Numbered from the stretch's first letter, positions 47,545 through 58,202 are shown. The stretch: 64,000 nt of DNA from Acidimicrobiales bacterium (GCA_052148655.1 JBKQHU010000088.1:23181-87180); one strand, 5' to 3'. Notes: generated by a model not told the origin, from the letters alone. Numbers and translations: made by a program.

Positions 47545-49137
47545 CTACTCGGCCCCGGTCTCGCCCGCGACCGAGGTGGCGGTCTCGGTCGGGCCCCCGG
47601 CGGGCGCCACGGCGGGAGAAGCGTCAGAAGGGCCGAAACCTCGCTTGAATTCCGCTAGGGCAGCTTCGAGCTCGCCCTCGTCGGGCAGGGCGCCAGTCGA
47701 GGCGATCCGGTCGAGCAGATCGGCGTGGCGTGCCCGCATGAAAGCCCGCAGCTCGGACTCGAAACGTTGCACGTCCTCGACGGCTATGTCGTCGATGTGC
47801 CCACGCACACCGGCGTAGATGACGACGACCTGCTCCTGCACCGGCATCGGAACGTTCAGGCCCTGCTTCAACAGCTCGGTCAGGCGGTAGCCGCGGTCCA
47901 GCTGCGCCTGCGACGCCTTGTCGAGCTCGGAGCCGAACGTGGCGAAGGCCTCCAGCTCCCTGAACTGGGCCAGGTCGATCTTGAGGGTGCCGACGACGGC
48001 CTTCATCGCCTTGATCTGTGCCGCGCCCCCGACTCGTGACACCGAGTTCCCGACGTTGAACGCCGGGCGCACGCCCGAGTAGAAGAGCTCGCTCTCCAAG
48101 AAGATCTGGCCGTCGGTTATGGAGATGACGTTGGTCGGGATGTAGGCCGAGATGTCACCCGCCTTGGTCTCGATGATCGGCAGGGCCGTGAGCGACCCCC
48201 CGCCCATCTCGTCGGAAAGCTTCGCCGCCCGCTCCAACAGGCGGCTGTGGAGATAGAAGACGTCGCCCGGATAGGCCTCGCGTCCCGGCGGGCGGCGGAG
48301 CAGGAGCGAGATCTGGCGGTAGGCATCTGCCTGTTTGGACAGGTCGTCGTAGACGACGAGGGCGTGCTCGCCGTTCTCCATCCAGTACTGACCCATCGCG
48401 CAGCCCGCGTACGGGGCGAGGTACTTGAACGGCGCGGGCTCGGAGGCCGGCGCCGCGACGACGACCGTGTAGTCCAGGGCGCCGTGCTCGGAGAGCGTCG
48501 CGACCGTCTGCGAGATGGTCGAGCCCTTCTGGCCGACCGCGACGTAGATGCACTTGACCCCGGCACCGCGCTGGTTGATGATCGTGTCGGTCGCGAGCGT
48601 CGTCTTGCCCGTCTTGCGGTCGCCGATTATGAGCTCGCGTTGGCCGCGACCGATGGGCGTCATCGCGTCGATGACCTTGATGCCGGTCTGCAGCGGTTCG
48701 AAGACCTTCTGGCGCGACACGATGCCCGGCGCCTGGATCTCGAGGCGGCGATCGATGGTGACACCGAGCGGGCCCTTGCCGTCGATCGGCTCGCCGAGCG
48801 GGTTCACGACGCGGCCCAAGAGCGCGTCGCCCACCGGCACCGACAAGATCCTGCCCGTCGAGCGGACCACCTGCCCCTCGTCGAGGCCGTCCATCGTGCC
48901 CAGCACGACCGCGCCGATCGACTCCTCGTCGAGGTTGAGGGCGAGGCCCACGGTCCCGTTCTCGAACTCGAGCAACTCGTTGACCGTTGCCCCGGGCAGC
49001 CCGGTGACGCGCGCTATGCCGTCGCCGACCTCGGCGATCCGGCCTACCTGCTCGGCCTCGGTGCCGGCCGTGAAGTCGCTGACATTTCGCTCCAGCGCCG
49101 CGGCGATGTCGTCGGCGTTGATCGTGAGCTCAGGCAT
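47545..49137 (-). CDS. atpA: F1 ATP synthase alpha subunit
   Basis: 530 aa. GDRKTGKTT (P-loop), [41 protein letters not shown]. Confidence 0.97.
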   Translation of the reverse strand: MPELTINADDIAAALERNVSDFTAGTEAEQVGRIAEVGDGIARVTGLPGATVNELLEFENGTVGLALNLDEESIGAVVLGTMDGLDEGQVVRSTGRILSVPVGDALLGRVVNPLGEPIDGKGPLGVTIDRRLEIQAPGIVSRQKVFEPLQTGIKVIDAMTPIGRGQRELIIGDRKTGKTTLATDTIINQRGAGVKCIYVAVGQKGSTISQTVATLSEHGALDYTVVVAAPASEPAPFKYLAPYAGCAMGQYWMENGEHALVVYDDLSKQADAYRQISLLLRRPPGREAYPGDVFYLHSRLLERAAKLSDEMGGGSLTALPIIETKAGDISAYIPTNVISITDGQIFLESELFYSGVRPAFNVGNSVSRVGGAAQIKAMKAVVGTLKIDLAQFRELEAFATFGSELDKASQAQLDRGYRLTELLKQGLNVPMPVQEQVVVIYAGVRGHIDDIAVEDVQRFESELRAFMRARHADLLDRIASTGALPDEGELEAALAEFKRGFGPSDASPAVAPAGGPTETATSVAGETGAE

Positions 49138-49168
49138 CGGTGGGGGTCCTTTGTCCTATTCGTCTTGT

Positions 49169-50119
49169 TCAGGAACGGTCATGCTCAGCGCTCGACTGGT
49201 CCTTCAGTCCCGTCGAGGGGGCGAGGGCTTCGCGAAGCTGGTCGAGACGATGTCGCACGGAACCGTCGATGACGGTATCGCCGATCTCGACGGCCATCCC
49301 GCCCAGCAGGGAGGGCTCGATCTGCACGCGGACCTCGACGGGACGGCCCGTTGTGCGTTGGAGCGCCTCCACGAGCCTCGTGTACTCGTCCTCGTCGAGC
49401 TCGACCGCCGAGCGCACCTCTGCGACACGTCGCCCCCGCTCCTCGGCGGCGAGCCCTGCGGTCCATTCGAGGGTCCCGACGAGATCGCGGCTGTGGCCGG
49501 CCTTCAGCACGTACGCGACGAGGCGCGCGGTCGCGGACAGCACTTTGGACTCCAGGAGATCTCCGACCAGGGCGACCCGTTGCGCAACTGCGATCGACGG
49601 GTCGCTGAGGGCGAGGCGCAAGGCGCGGTTGGCTTGGACGATCCTCGCGAAACGGACCAATTCGTCCTCGATGTCGTCGATCGTCTCGAGGGTGTCGACC
49701 TCCTGGAACAATCGGTCGGCGTAGCCGCGGATCCGCTCACGCACCGCGGTGCGGCCACCGAGGAGCTCCTCGGCGGGTATGGGACGGACCAGGCCCTCCT
49801 CGGCCGCCTGGGCGGTCTCCGAAGCCAGCTGGACCAACGTCGCCACGGCGAGGGGGAACTCGGCGGCCGGCTCCACAAGGGCCGCCCAGCAAAGCAGCGC
49901 CTCCGACTCGGGGGCAGCCTTGGCGTCGAGGAGGTCGTGGACGACGCCGCGTCTCGCCCTGGCCGGGATGGCCACGTCCGTGAGGGCGTTGCGGAGCAGA
50001 TCGGATTCGGTGAGCGCCCGGGAGAACGTGGCGAGGTCGCTCGCGACCTCCGGCGCGCACCCGGCCGCCGTCGCCGACTCGAACACCGCCGTCGCGTAGC
50101 CGCGGAGGATGTCCCTCAT
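49169..50119 (-). CDS. atpH: ATP synthase delta (OSCP) subunit, enlarged with an internally duplicated N-terminal domain
   Basis: 316 aa. The C-terminal part IEPSLLGGMAVEIGDTVIDGSVRHRLDQL is typical of delta. Two related segments start at LRGYATAVFE and IRGYADRLFQ. Confidence 0.85.
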   Translation of the reverse strand: MRDILRGYATAVFESATAAGCAPEVASDLATFSRALTESDLLRNALTDVAIPARARRGVVHDLLDAKAAPESEALLCWAALVEPAAEFPLAVATLVQLASETAQAAEEGLVRPIPAEELLGGRTAVRERIRGYADRLFQEVDTLETIDDIEDELVRFARIVQANRALRLALSDPSIAVAQRVALVGDLLESKVLSATARLVAYVLKAGHSRDLVGTLEWTAGLAAEERGRRVAEVRSAVELDEDEYTRLVEALQRTTGRPVEVRVQIEPSLLGGMAVEIGDTVIDGSVRHRLDQLREALAPSTGLKDQSSAEHDRS

Positions 50120-50589
50120 GCCATCGCCTCGGCCGCATCGATCGTCTCGGCGATGTACACCCGCTGCAGCGACGCGTCGATCTCGGCGGCCACGACAAGC
50201 TCGGTCGCGGCCATCACGACGGCTCCGACCTGCCTGGTGACTTCCTCCCGGGCGCGCTGGCGCTCGAATTCCTCCTCGGCGGCGGCACTTGCCACGAGCC
50301 TGTCGTATTCGGCGCGGCCGTTGCGCTCGCCCTCCAAGAGCAGCTGCGCCGAGGTCTCGTGCGCCCGCTCGAGTATGGCCGTTGCCTCCGATTGTGCAGC
50401 CTCGAGAGCCGCGCGTGCGTCCGCCAGCATCCGCTGGGCGCCCTCCAGCCCCGCATCCGCCGAGGAGAGGGACAGGCGGATCGACTCGGCCTGGCGGTCC
50501 ATGAGCTTCTTCAGGGGTGGCTTCACGTAGTGGTAGATGAAGAGGCCCAACAGCAGGAAGGCGAATACCTCGGCAAGGTACGACGCCAC
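50116..50589 (-). CDS. atpF: Fo ATP synthase subunit b (second copy, adjacent to delta)
   Basis: 157 aa. A single N-terminal TM helix (YLAEVFAFLLLGLFIYHYV), a PPL motif, then a long Ala/Glu/Arg-rich helix. The stop overlaps the atpH ATG (ATGA). Confidence 0.85.
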   Translation of the reverse strand: MASYLAEVFAFLLLGLFIYHYVKPPLKKLMDRQAESIRLSLSSADAGLEGAQRMLADARAALEAAQSEATAILERAHETSAQLLLEGERNGRAEYDRLVASAAAEEEFERQRAREEVTRQVGAVVMAATELVVAAEIDASLQRVYIAETIDAAEAMA

Positions 50590-50591
50590 CG

Positions 50592-51131
50592 CTAACCTTC
50601 CCGCCCGGCCGCGGCGGCCGCGATCGCCTCGTCGATCAGCCCACGGTGCTGCTCGAGGTCGACGCGGCTTTGGAGCACCCGCTCGGCGGCGGCGGCCACG
50701 AGGGTGTCCAGGCGCCCCATGAGCTCGATACGGGCGCGGCGGCCCTCGTCGGCTGTCGTGGCCCGGGAGGCGGTGACCAACCGTTCGTATTCCTCTTGAC
50801 CCCGTTGGCGGCCATTCTGCATGGCCTGGTCGGCCCCCTGGTTGGCGTGGTCGACGATGGCACGGGCTTGCGCGCGTGACTCGGCCAGCACCCGGTCACG
50901 CTCGGCGAGCAGGCGCTGGCTCTCGGCGCGTGCCTCCTCGGCACTGTGCGACGCAACAGCGATGCGTTCCTGTCGCGTCTCGGCGACCGCCTGTAGTGGC
51001 GGGAGGATCCATTTCGCGATGACCCCGAGCACGACCAGGAAGATGACCAGCTCGACGACAAAAGTGCCGTTCGGGATCAGGAAGTTCCCACCGTTGCCGG
51101 AGCTTGCGGCCCCGGCGCTTGCAAACAGCAT
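50592..51131 (-). CDS. atpF: Fo ATP synthase subunit b (first copy, b-prime-like)
   Basis: 179 aa. NFLIPNGTFVVELVIFLVVLGVIAKWILPPL followed by a long charged helix. Confidence 0.85.
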   Translation of the reverse strand: MLFASAGAASSGNGGNFLIPNGTFVVELVIFLVVLGVIAKWILPPLQAVAETRQERIAVASHSAEEARAESQRLLAERDRVLAESRAQARAIVDHANQGADQAMQNGRQRGQEEYERLVTASRATTADEGRRARIELMGRLDTLVAAAAERVLQSRVDLEQHRGLIDEAIAAAAAGREG

Positions 51132-51148
51132 CCAGCAATCCTCCGTCG

Positions 51149-51409
51149 CTACTTCTTGGCGAGGACGAAGACGAACAGGACCATGAACACGAGGTTGATG
51201 AAGTACATGGCCTCGACGAGACCCACGATGATGAACATGATCGTGAACAGCCGGCCCTGGGCCTCGGGCTGGCGGGCGACGCCGGCGATCGTCTGGCTGC
51301 CGGCCAAGCCGTCGCCGATGGCGGCGCCGATGGCGCCTCCGCCGAGGGCAAGTCCGCCGCCGACCATGGCACCGGCAAGCTCGATCGCCTGGTTGAGGTC
51401 ATTTGCCAT
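51149..51409 (-). CDS. atpE: Fo ATP synthase subunit c
   Basis: Glycine-rich helix 1 [18 protein letters not shown], loop ARQPE, helix 2 with the carboxylate in [15 protein letters not shown] at 51409 is preferred over the track start at 51445. Confidence 0.9.
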   Translation of the reverse strand: MANDLNQAIELAGAMVGGGLALGGGAIGAAIGDGLAGSQTIAGVARQPEAQGRLFTIMFIIVGLVEAMYFINLVFMVLFVFVLAKK

Positions 51410-51463
51410 TGGGTTACCTGCTCCCTTCCTTGACGGGTTGGACATGTGTGACGCCGTGAGTGC

Positions 51464-52195
51464 TCAATGCTCTCCCGACATCGCGGTCTGGAAATAGAGG
51501 ATCGTCAGCAGCGAGAAGATGAACGCCTGTATCGGTGCGACGAACAGGCCGTCGAAGATCTTCCAGATCAGGTCGGGGATCGGGACGATGAACCACGGGA
51601 ACAGCGCCCAGATCAAAAGCAGCATGATGCCGCCCGAGAAGATGTTGCCGAAGAGACGGAGGGCCAGCGTGAGTGGCTTTGCGATCTCCTCGATCACGTT
51701 GATCGGGAAGAGAAGCTTGTAGGGCCGGAAGTAGTGGCCGAGGTAGTGGCCTAGGCCCTGGGTCCGGATCCAGGTCGCGTGCACGAGGACGATCACCGTC
51801 AGCGCCATGGCGTAGGTCAGGTTCACGTCACCGGTCGGGGCCGGAAGGTACTGCGGGGCGTGACCCGTGGGGATCATCTCGAGCCAGTTGCAGAACAGGA
51901 TGAAGAGAAACAGCGCCATCGCCAGTGGCACGACGCGGCGCCCCTTGGAGCCGATCGACGACTCGACCTGGTTGGAGATGGCGTTCGAGAGCGCTTCGAA
52001 GGCGAGCTGCATCCTGCCGGGGACACCGGCGGTGATGTTCGCCCTCACGGCGAGCCCGATCCCGATGACGGTTATCCCCGCGACGAGAGACGAGATGACG
52101 TCGTACTTGTTGACCGTGAGGCCGAGCAGCTTGACCGTGGGGGAGTTGCCGACCGTGATCGAGCTCGCGCTGGCCAGTAGTCCGAGACCTGTCAC
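51464..52195 (-). CDS. atpB: Fo ATP synthase subunit a
   Basis: 243 aa, polytopic. Conserved LTLALRLFGNIFSGG with the essential Arg. Confidence 0.93.
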   Translation of the reverse strand: MTGLGLLASASSITVGNSPTVKLLGLTVNKYDVISSLVAGITVIGIGLAVRANITAGVPGRMQLAFEALSNAISNQVESSIGSKGRRVVPLAMALFLFILFCNWLEMIPTGHAPQYLPAPTGDVNLTYAMALTVIVLVHATWIRTQGLGHYLGHYFRPYKLLFPINVIEEIAKPLTLALRLFGNIFSGGIMLLLIWALFPWFIVPIPDLIWKIFDGLFVAPIQAFIFSLLTILYFQTAMSGEH

Positions 52196-52665
52196 GTGAC
52201 GGCTCCCTGGCGCAGCAGCGTCGCCACAAGGCTCACGATGAACAGGAGGTAGAACACCGCCACACCGCCGAGCACGCCCATCCCGAGGGACAGGTTCACG
52301 ATCACGAGGCCGATCGCGACAACAGTCGTGAGAGCGAGGCGCATGAGGGTGTTCATCGCCATCGGGCGCTTCACCTTGGTCGTGCCGAGAGCGTTCAGCC
52401 GCGACGCAGTCGACATCACGAGGCGGATGTTCGCTAGCCCGAGGCCCAGGCCGATCACGGCACCGAGGCCGGAAAGCGGGTAGCCCACTATCGACAGCAC
52501 GACGAGCGCGACGATGCCGACGCCGATGGCGCCGAACACGGTCCGCCGGAGCATTCTCGAGATCTCCGGCAGGTCAAGCTGCTCCAGTACTGCTGCGAGT
52601 CGCTCCATGCCCTCTTCTTGATCACCTCGAGGACAGCGGGCGTGCGACCCATGCGGGCCGGCCAC
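52192..52665 (-). CDS. atpI: ATP synthase protein I
   Basis: Small hydrophobic protein with 4 predicted TM segments, directly upstream of and overlapping atpB. The start is 52665 or ATG 52608. Confidence 0.65.
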   Translation of the reverse strand: MAGPHGSHARCPRGDQEEGMERLAAVLEQLDLPEISRMLRRTVFGAIGVGIVALVVLSIVGYPLSGLGAVIGLGLGLANIRLVMSTASRLNALGTTKVKRPMAMNTLMRLALTTVVAIGLVIVNLSLGMGVLGGVAVFYLLFIVSLVATLLRQGAVT

Positions 52666-52676
52666 GCTGCTGGCTC

Positions 52677-52901
52677 TCAGAGAAATGTTTTGACATCGGA
52701 GTAGACCACTGCAACCGCGGCGACCACCCCGAGCGCCAGACCTACAAACGTGAGCAGCTCACCGGTGTGAAACGTCCTGTCCAGCCAGTACCCGCCGCCC
52801 ACTCCGACGGCGATGCACAAGGCCGTTGCGACACCCATGCCGATCAGCTTGCTGAAGCTCGGCGGGGGCTTGTTGCTCACTTCGGTTGCCAATCCTGGCA
52901 T
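52677..52901 (-). CDS. small membrane protein of the atp operon (AtpZ/AtpR-like)
   Basis: 74 aa from ATG 52901, with GGAGG 5 nt upstream. Two TM segments (GMGVATALCIAVGVGGGYWL, LLTFVGLALGVVAAVAVVY). Its position ahead of atpI is typical. Confidence 0.55.
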   Translation of the reverse strand: MPGLATEVSNKPPPSFSKLIGMGVATALCIAVGVGGGYWLDRTFHTGELLTFVGLALGVVAAVAVVYSDVKTFL

Positions 52902-52983
52902 CGCCGCCTCCGAGTCGGCAAGACAATAGTCCTGTTCGCGGCGGTCGCCCTCACAATCCTGTCCCCGGAGGCGAGGACGCCCC

Positions 52984-54300
52984 CTACCCGGCCGACGCGA
53001 CACCTCCCGGGTAGGGGTCGAACCGGCCGCAGAGCTCCCTCACCTCTTCGCGCACAGCGGTGAGCTGGCGCTCGTCCTCCCTCCCGCGAAGGGCGCGGGC
53101 GATGAGGGAGGCGATCTCGGCCATCTCCGCCTCGCCGAGCCCGGCGGTCGTCTCGGCGGCCGAACCGAGCCGCAGCCCGCTGGCGACAAAAGGAGGCCTC
53201 GGGTCGTTCGGGATGGCGTTGCGGTTGCAGGTGATCCCCGTACGGTCCAGCACCTCCTGGGCAACCTTGCCCGTGAGATCGGCCTCGAAGGTTCGAAGGT
53301 CGACGAGCACGAGGTGATTGTCCGTCCCTCCGGCGACCAGCCGGAACCCTTGGGAGGTGAGAGCCCGGGCGAGCGCGGCGGCGTTGCGGACCACCCTGGA
53401 GGCGTAGTCACGGAACTCGGACCTGAGCGCCTCGCCGAACGCCACGGCCTTGGCGGCGATCACGTGCTCGAGCGGTCCTCCCTGCAAGCCCGGGAAGACC
53501 GCCGAGTCGACCGCCTTCGCGAGGTCTGCACCGCACAGGATGGCACCGCCTCGCGGCCCCCGCAGCGTCTTGTGGGTCGTGAAGGTGACCACATCCGCGA
53601 TGCCTACCGGGCTCGGGTGAACCTTGCCGGCGATGAGGCCGGCCGGGTGGGCGGCGTCGAACATGAAGCGGGCCCCGACCTCGTCGGCGACGTCACGGAA
53701 CGGCTTCGGGTCGATGACACGGGAGTAGGCGGTGGCGCCGGCCACGATCAACCGGGGCCGCTCGCGCAGGGCGAGGTCCCGGACCTGGTCCATGTCGATC
53801 CGCTCGCCCGAGCCGTCACCGGCGGCCGGTGTGACCCCGTAGGCGACGAAGCGGTAGAGCTTGCCGGTGATGGAGACAGGCGAGCCGTGCGTCAGGTGCC
53901 CGCCCTGGTCGAGGCGCATGGCGAGGATCGTGTCGCCCGGCTCCACGAGGGCGAGGTAGGCGGCCAGGTTGGCGTTGGCTCCGGCGTGGGGCTGGACATT
54001 GGCGTGCTCGGCGCCGAACAGTTCCGTCGCACGGGCCCGGGCGAGGTCCTCCACCTGGTCAGCGACGACGTTCCCGCCGTAGTAGCGCCGTCCCGGGTAG
54101 CCCTCGGAGTACTTGTTCGTCAGCACCGAGGCCGAGGCGGCGAGCACGGCCGGAGAGGTGAAGTTCTCAGATGCGATCAGCTGCAGGCTCGTACGCTGCC
54201 GTTCGATCTCGCGCTCGAGCAGGGCGTGCATCTCGGGGTCCCCCGCGAGCGCGCCCGGCAGGAAGGCGCTTTCACCCGATGTCCCGGCAGTGTGTGTCAC
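52984..54300 (-). CDS. glyA: serine hydroxymethyltransferase
   Basis: [44 protein letters not shown] (PLP lysine). GTG at 54300 with GAAGGAG upstream is preferred over the track start at 54468. Confidence 0.95.
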   Translation of the reverse strand: MTHTAGTSGESAFLPGALAGDPEMHALLEREIERQRTSLQLIASENFTSPAVLAASASVLTNKYSEGYPGRRYYGGNVVADQVEDLARARATELFGAEHANVQPHAGANANLAAYLALVEPGDTILAMRLDQGGHLTHGSPVSITGKLYRFVAYGVTPAAGDGSGERIDMDQVRDLALRERPRLIVAGATAYSRVIDPKPFRDVADEVGARFMFDAAHPAGLIAGKVHPSPVGIADVVTFTTHKTLRGPRGGAILCGADLAKAVDSAVFPGLQGGPLEHVIAAKAVAFGEALRSEFRDYASRVVRNAAALARALTSQGFRLVAGGTDNHLVLVDLRTFEADLTGKVAQEVLDRTGITCNRNAIPNDPRPPFVASGLRLGSAAETTAGLGEAEMAEIASLIARALRGREDERQLTAVREEVRELCGRFDPYPGGVASAG

Positions 54301-54340
54301 TCTGGCTCCTTCGGGAGATGTCCTGGCCAGGTTCCCGGCC

Positions 54341-54787
54341 TCAGCCCCGGCTTTGCTCGAGAGCGGTGACCTTCTCGACCCTGCGAAGGTGCCTGCCCCC
54401 TTCGAACTCGCTTCCCATGAACGCCTCCAGTGCGTCTGTCGCGATGAGGGGGCCCACCAGGCGGGCACCGATGCAGATCACGTTCGCGTCGTCGTGCTCG
54501 CGGGCAAGACGCGCCGAGGTCACGTCGTGGACCACGGCCGCGCGCACACCAAGAATCTTGTTGGCCGCTATCGCCATACCAGTTCCGGTGCCGCAAGTGC
54601 AGATCCCGAAGTCGGCGTCACCCGAGGTGACGCTCCGGCCGACCGCTGCCGCGAAGTCCGGGTAGTCGACCGGGTCCGGCGAGTGCGTGCCGAGGTCCGC
54701 GACCTCGTGTCCCAAGGACCTGAGGTGCTCGATCAGCAGCGCCTTCAACTCGAAACCGGCGTGGTCCGATCCTGCCGAAACTCGCAC
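54341..54787 (-). CDS. rpiB: ribose-5-phosphate isomerase B
   Basis: 148 aa. [10 protein letters not shown]...[17 protein letters not shown]...[11 protein letters not shown]. Confidence 0.92.
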   Translation of the reverse strand: MRVSAGSDHAGFELKALLIEHLRSLGHEVADLGTHSPDPVDYPDFAAAVGRSVTSGDADFGICTCGTGTGMAIAANKILGVRAAVVHDVTSARLAREHDDANVICIGARLVGPLIATDALEAFMGSEFEGGRHLRRVEKVTALEQSRG

Positions 54788-54919
54788 GGGGGGAGTCTAC
54801 CGGGCACGTCTGGCGCCGCCACTTGGCGTCGCGCGCTCTTCGCTCGGTCGCCGGGTTGACAGGATCTAATGGCGTCACGCCGTCCCGCGGCGGCGGTCGG
54901 TCCCGTCGGGTTGGGCCGG

Positions 54920-55528
54920 TCAGCCGGAGCCTTCAGAGCCGGCGGCCACCAGGGCAATCTCCGCGAACGCGAGCGCCCCCTCCCGCAGGCACTTCACACC
55001 CTCACCGGCGAGCGAGATCACCGTCGACGGCTTCCCGTCACACCTGCCGCCGTCGAGCACCGCAGTGACACCGGCCCCGAAGTGCCGGCGGACCTCGCCG
55101 GCAGAGTGCAGGGGAGCCTCCCCGTGCCGGTTCGCGCTCGTCACCGCGAGCGGGCCTGTCCTTCCCAGCAGCTCCCTCAGCAACGCGCTCGCGGGGCAGC
55201 GCAGCCCTATCGTCGCCCGGTCGCCGCCGAGGTCGAAGCCGACCCCGGCGCGCCGGGGCAGGACGACTGTGAGCGGTCCCGGCCAATAGCGCGAGATGAG
55301 GCGCAACGCGGGCGGCGTCGCCTCCGCCAGGTCGACGAACCCGGCCGGGTCCGCGATCAGCACCGGGAGCTGGAACAGCTCCGGCCTTTTCTTGAGCGCG
55401 AACACCCTCTCGACCGCACCCGGCAGGCGGGGGTCGACCGCAAGCCCGTAGACCGTGTCGGTCGGGACCGCCACGACCTCCCCGGCCGCTAGTGCCGCCT
55501 CGATCTCGCCGAGCTCCGGTGAGCTCAT
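54920..55528 (-). CDS. tsaC: L-threonylcarbamoyladenylate synthase (YrdC/YwlC/Sua5 family, short form)
   Basis: ATG at 55528 overlaps the prmC stop (ATGA). VVAVPTDTVYGLAVD, YWPGPLTVVL, AVTSANRHGE. The upstream part of the 287-aa track ORF is out-of-frame prmC sequence. Confidence 0.88.
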   Translation of the reverse strand: MSSPELGEIEAALAAGEVVAVPTDTVYGLAVDPRLPGAVERVFALKKRPELFQLPVLIADPAGFVDLAEATPPALRLISRYWPGPLTVVLPRRAGVGFDLGGDRATIGLRCPASALLRELLGRTGPLAVTSANRHGEAPLHSAGEVRRHFGAGVTAVLDGGRCDGKPSTVISLAGEGVKCLREGALAFAEIALVAAGSEGSG

Positions 55529-56442
55529 GGTTCGGCCACGAGCACCCGCGACCGTCCCGCCAGGTCGGGCTCGACACTCACCCTCGAAAAGCCTGCCTCG
55601 CGCGCCATGGCGAGAGCCCTCCTTGCCTGGTGGGGCGCGATCTCGACGACAAGAGCGCCGCGCCCGGTGAGCCACGGCGCGGCACCGGCCACGACCGTCT
55701 CGATCGCCTCGAGGCCGCTCGGGCCCGCCACGAGTGCACCGAACGGGTCGAAGCCGCGCACCAGCGGGTCCAGACCGGCCCATTCGTGCTCGGCAAGGTA
55801 GGGCGGGTTGGCGACGATCAAGGTGACCCGGCCGGCGAGATCGACGGGCAGGGCGTCGTACCAGTCGCCCGCTAGGAACTTCACCCGGGCCGCCGCCCCG
55901 GCCGGTATCCGTGCCAGGTTGGTAGCCGCGACCTCCAAGGCGCCAAGATCCCGATCGGTCCCGATCACGCCGAGGGTGTCCCGCTCCACGGCGAGTGAGA
56001 GCGCTATGACACCCGAGCCCGTGCCGAGATCGACGGCGAGCACGTCCCCGTCCGCGTGCGCGCCGGGCTTGGGAGCTGACGTTGCGGGCTGTGGGGCGAG
56101 GATGCGGTCGAACGCGGACAGGGCGACGGAGACGACGACTTCGGTCTCCGGACGCGGGATGAGGACACGTCGGTCGACGACGACGTCGAGCGACCGGAAG
56201 CCCCAGTGGCCCAAGACGTGCTGGAGCGGCTCACCGGAGACCCGGCGTGCCACGAGCGACTCGAGCCGAGCTGCGGCCCCGGGTGGTGCCTGGTTGTCGA
56301 GCTCGCGCAACAGTCGCGGTCCCGAAAGGCCACTGGCCTCCTCGAGCAGCCACCGCGTCTGAGCCGGGTCGCCGATCGCCCCGGCCGTGTCACTGCGCAG
56401 CTTCCGCCAGGTGACGGCGGCCACTTCGGCCCGCTCCCTCAT
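55525..56442 (-). CDS. prmC: release-factor glutamine N5-methyltransferase
   Basis: 305 aa. PLQHVLGHWGFR, DLGTGSGVIALS, IVANPPY. Confidence 0.9.
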   Translation of the reverse strand: MRERAEVAAVTWRKLRSDTAGAIGDPAQTRWLLEEASGLSGPRLLRELDNQAPPGAAARLESLVARRVSGEPLQHVLGHWGFRSLDVVVDRRVLIPRPETEVVVSVALSAFDRILAPQPATSAPKPGAHADGDVLAVDLGTGSGVIALSLAVERDTLGVIGTDRDLGALEVAATNLARIPAGAAARVKFLAGDWYDALPVDLAGRVTLIVANPPYLAEHEWAGLDPLVRGFDPFGALVAGPSGLEAIETVVAGAAPWLTGRGALVVEIAPHQARRALAMAREAGFSRVSVEPDLAGRSRVLVAEP

Positions 56443-57500
56443 CCCTCGAGCAGCTGACGGCTCCGCTCGTCCGACAAGAGCGCGTCGACGAGCTCGTCGA
56501 GATCGCCCGTCAGCATGCGGTCGAGCTTTTTCAAGGTGAGCCCGATGCGGTGATCAGTCACCCGGTTGTCCTTGAAGTTGTAGGTGCGGATCTTCTCGGA
56601 ACGCCCGCCACCGCCCACTTGCGCGCGGCGCTCCTCGGCCAGAGCGGCGGCGTTGCGCTGACGCTCGAGCTCGTAAAGGCGGGCCCGCAACACCTTGAGC
56701 GCCGCGGCCCGGTTTTGGATCTGGCTCTTCTCGTCCTGCATCGACACCACGAGACCGCTCGGAAGATGGGTGATCCGGACGGCCGAGTCCGTCGTGTTGA
56801 CCGATTGGCCACCCGGCCCGGTCGAGCGGTAGACGTCGACACGGATATCACCGGGCTCGATCTCGACTTCCACCTCATCGGCCTCGGGGAGCACGTTCAC
56901 CGTGGCCGAGGAGGTGTGAACACGTCCCTGAGACTCGGTGACCGGGATGCGCTGCACGCGGTGGGTACCCGCCTCCTGGTGCAGCCGCTGCCAAGCGTCC
57001 TCGCCCTTGACGAGAAAAGTGACGCCGTCCACGCCCCCGAGCTCGGACTCGCGCAGGTCCATCACATCTGCGCGCCAGCCCCGCCGGTCGGCATAACGCC
57101 GGTACATCTCGAAGAGGTCCTTGGCGAAAAGGTTCGCCTCCTCTCCGCCTTCGGCCCCCCGGATCTCGACGATGACATTGCGCCCGTCGTGGGGGTCGCG
57201 GGGCATCAACAGGTCGCGCAGCTGCGACTCGAGCTCCGCGACCCGCTCCTCGGCGGCAGCCTGCTCGTCACGGCCGAGTTCGCGCTCGGCGCCGACGGCA
57301 TCGGCCGCCAGCTCGCGCGCGATGGCGACGTCCTCCTCGGCGGCGCGTAGCTCGTGCATCTTGTGCACCACGGTCTCGAGCTCCTTGTGGCGGCGCGACA
57401 GCACCCGCAGTTCATTGCGGTCCCTGGAGAGAGTTGGGTCTGAGAGGCGGGCGAGAACCTGCGAGTACTCGGCCTCAAGCGCCTCAAGGCGATCGAGCAC
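56439..57500 (-). CDS. prfA: peptide chain release factor 1
   Basis: 353 aa. RIPVTESQGRVHTS (PxT region), STGPGGQSVNTTDSAVRITHLP (GGQ). GTG start. Confidence 0.95.
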   Translation of the reverse strand: MLDRLEALEAEYSQVLARLSDPTLSRDRNELRVLSRRHKELETVVHKMHELRAAEEDVAIARELAADAVGAERELGRDEQAAAEERVAELESQLRDLLMPRDPHDGRNVIVEIRGAEGGEEANLFAKDLFEMYRRYADRRGWRADVMDLRESELGGVDGVTFLVKGEDAWQRLHQEAGTHRVQRIPVTESQGRVHTSSATVNVLPEADEVEVEIEPGDIRVDVYRSTGPGGQSVNTTDSAVRITHLPSGLVVSMQDEKSQIQNRAAALKVLRARLYELERQRNAAALAEERRAQVGGGGRSEKIRTYNFKDNRVTDHRIGLTLKKLDRMLTGDLDELVDALLSDERSRQLLEG

Positions 57501-57675
57501 GGACTCAGGCTAGTCAAATTGGGCGGGCCGGCCCGGCGGGCCTTCAAGGCGCGCCACCCCGCGAGGCTGCCGAGAGGCGACGCCACAAGGTCCGCGAACG
57601 CCGTAGCCTCCGTGTCGGGAACTCTTGCGCGAGGCGGGACCCTGACTGCTCGCACGACGAAAGCGGAGGTTCGCC

Positions 57676-58182
57676 ATGCCGGTACTCGTTGTCTACGCCA
57701 GCAAGCACGGTTCGACGCGTGGGATCGCGGAGCGGATCGCGGCCAAGCTCACCGACGAGGGGCACCCGGCCAAAGCGACACCCGTACAGGAGGCCTCGGG
57801 CCTCGAAGGCTATGACGCCTTCGTCATCGGCAGCGCCGCCTACGCCTTGCACTGGATGGACGAGGCTCTGGATTTCGTGAAGCGAAACAGCGCCGTCCTA
57901 AAGCGGGTCCCGGTCTGGCTGTTCAGCAGCGGGCCGCTCGGCAACGAGGCCACCGACGCAAAGGGCCGGGACCTCCGGGCCGCCACGGTGCCGAAGGAGA
58001 TCCCCGAGCTGGAGGAAGCCGTCGATGCCCGCGGCCACCGTGTCTTCTTCGGAGCGCTGGACCCCGGCACGCTCCCGGCCGCCCGGGCGGGCCTTCCCGA
58101 GGGTGACTTCCGTGACTGGGTCGAGATCGATGCCTGGGCCGCCGAGATTGCGCAGGGGCTGACTCCGCCTCCGGCAGACTGA
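57676..58182 (+). CDS. flavodoxin-like domain protein (HemG/flavodoxin family)
   Basis: 168 aa. MPVLVVYASKHGSTRGIAERIA is the flavodoxin phosphate-binding N-terminus. GGAGG lies 6 nt upstream of the ATG. Confidence 0.75.
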   Translation: MPVLVVYASKHGSTRGIAERIAAKLTDEGHPAKATPVQEASGLEGYDAFVIGSAAYALHWMDEALDFVKRNSAVLKRVPVWLFSSGPLGNEATDAKGRDLRAATVPKEIPELEEAVDARGHRVFFGALDPGTLPAARAGLPEGDFRDWVEIDAWAAEIAQGLTPPPAD

Positions 58183-58202
58183 GACCGGGGCGCGCCCTGG
58201 TC
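58183..58202 (+). terminator. candidate stem-loop without a U-tract after the flavodoxin-like gene
   Basis: GACCGGGG-CGCG-CCCTGGTC starts 1 nt after the stop codon: an 8-bp stem with one G-U pair. It lies in a convergent intergenic region opposite rpmE. Confidence 0.3.

Noticed and set aside
55529-55783. The upstream part of the 287-aa minus ORF 54920..55783
   Set aside because: It is out of frame within prmC. tsaC begins at ATG 55528, which overlaps the prmC stop.
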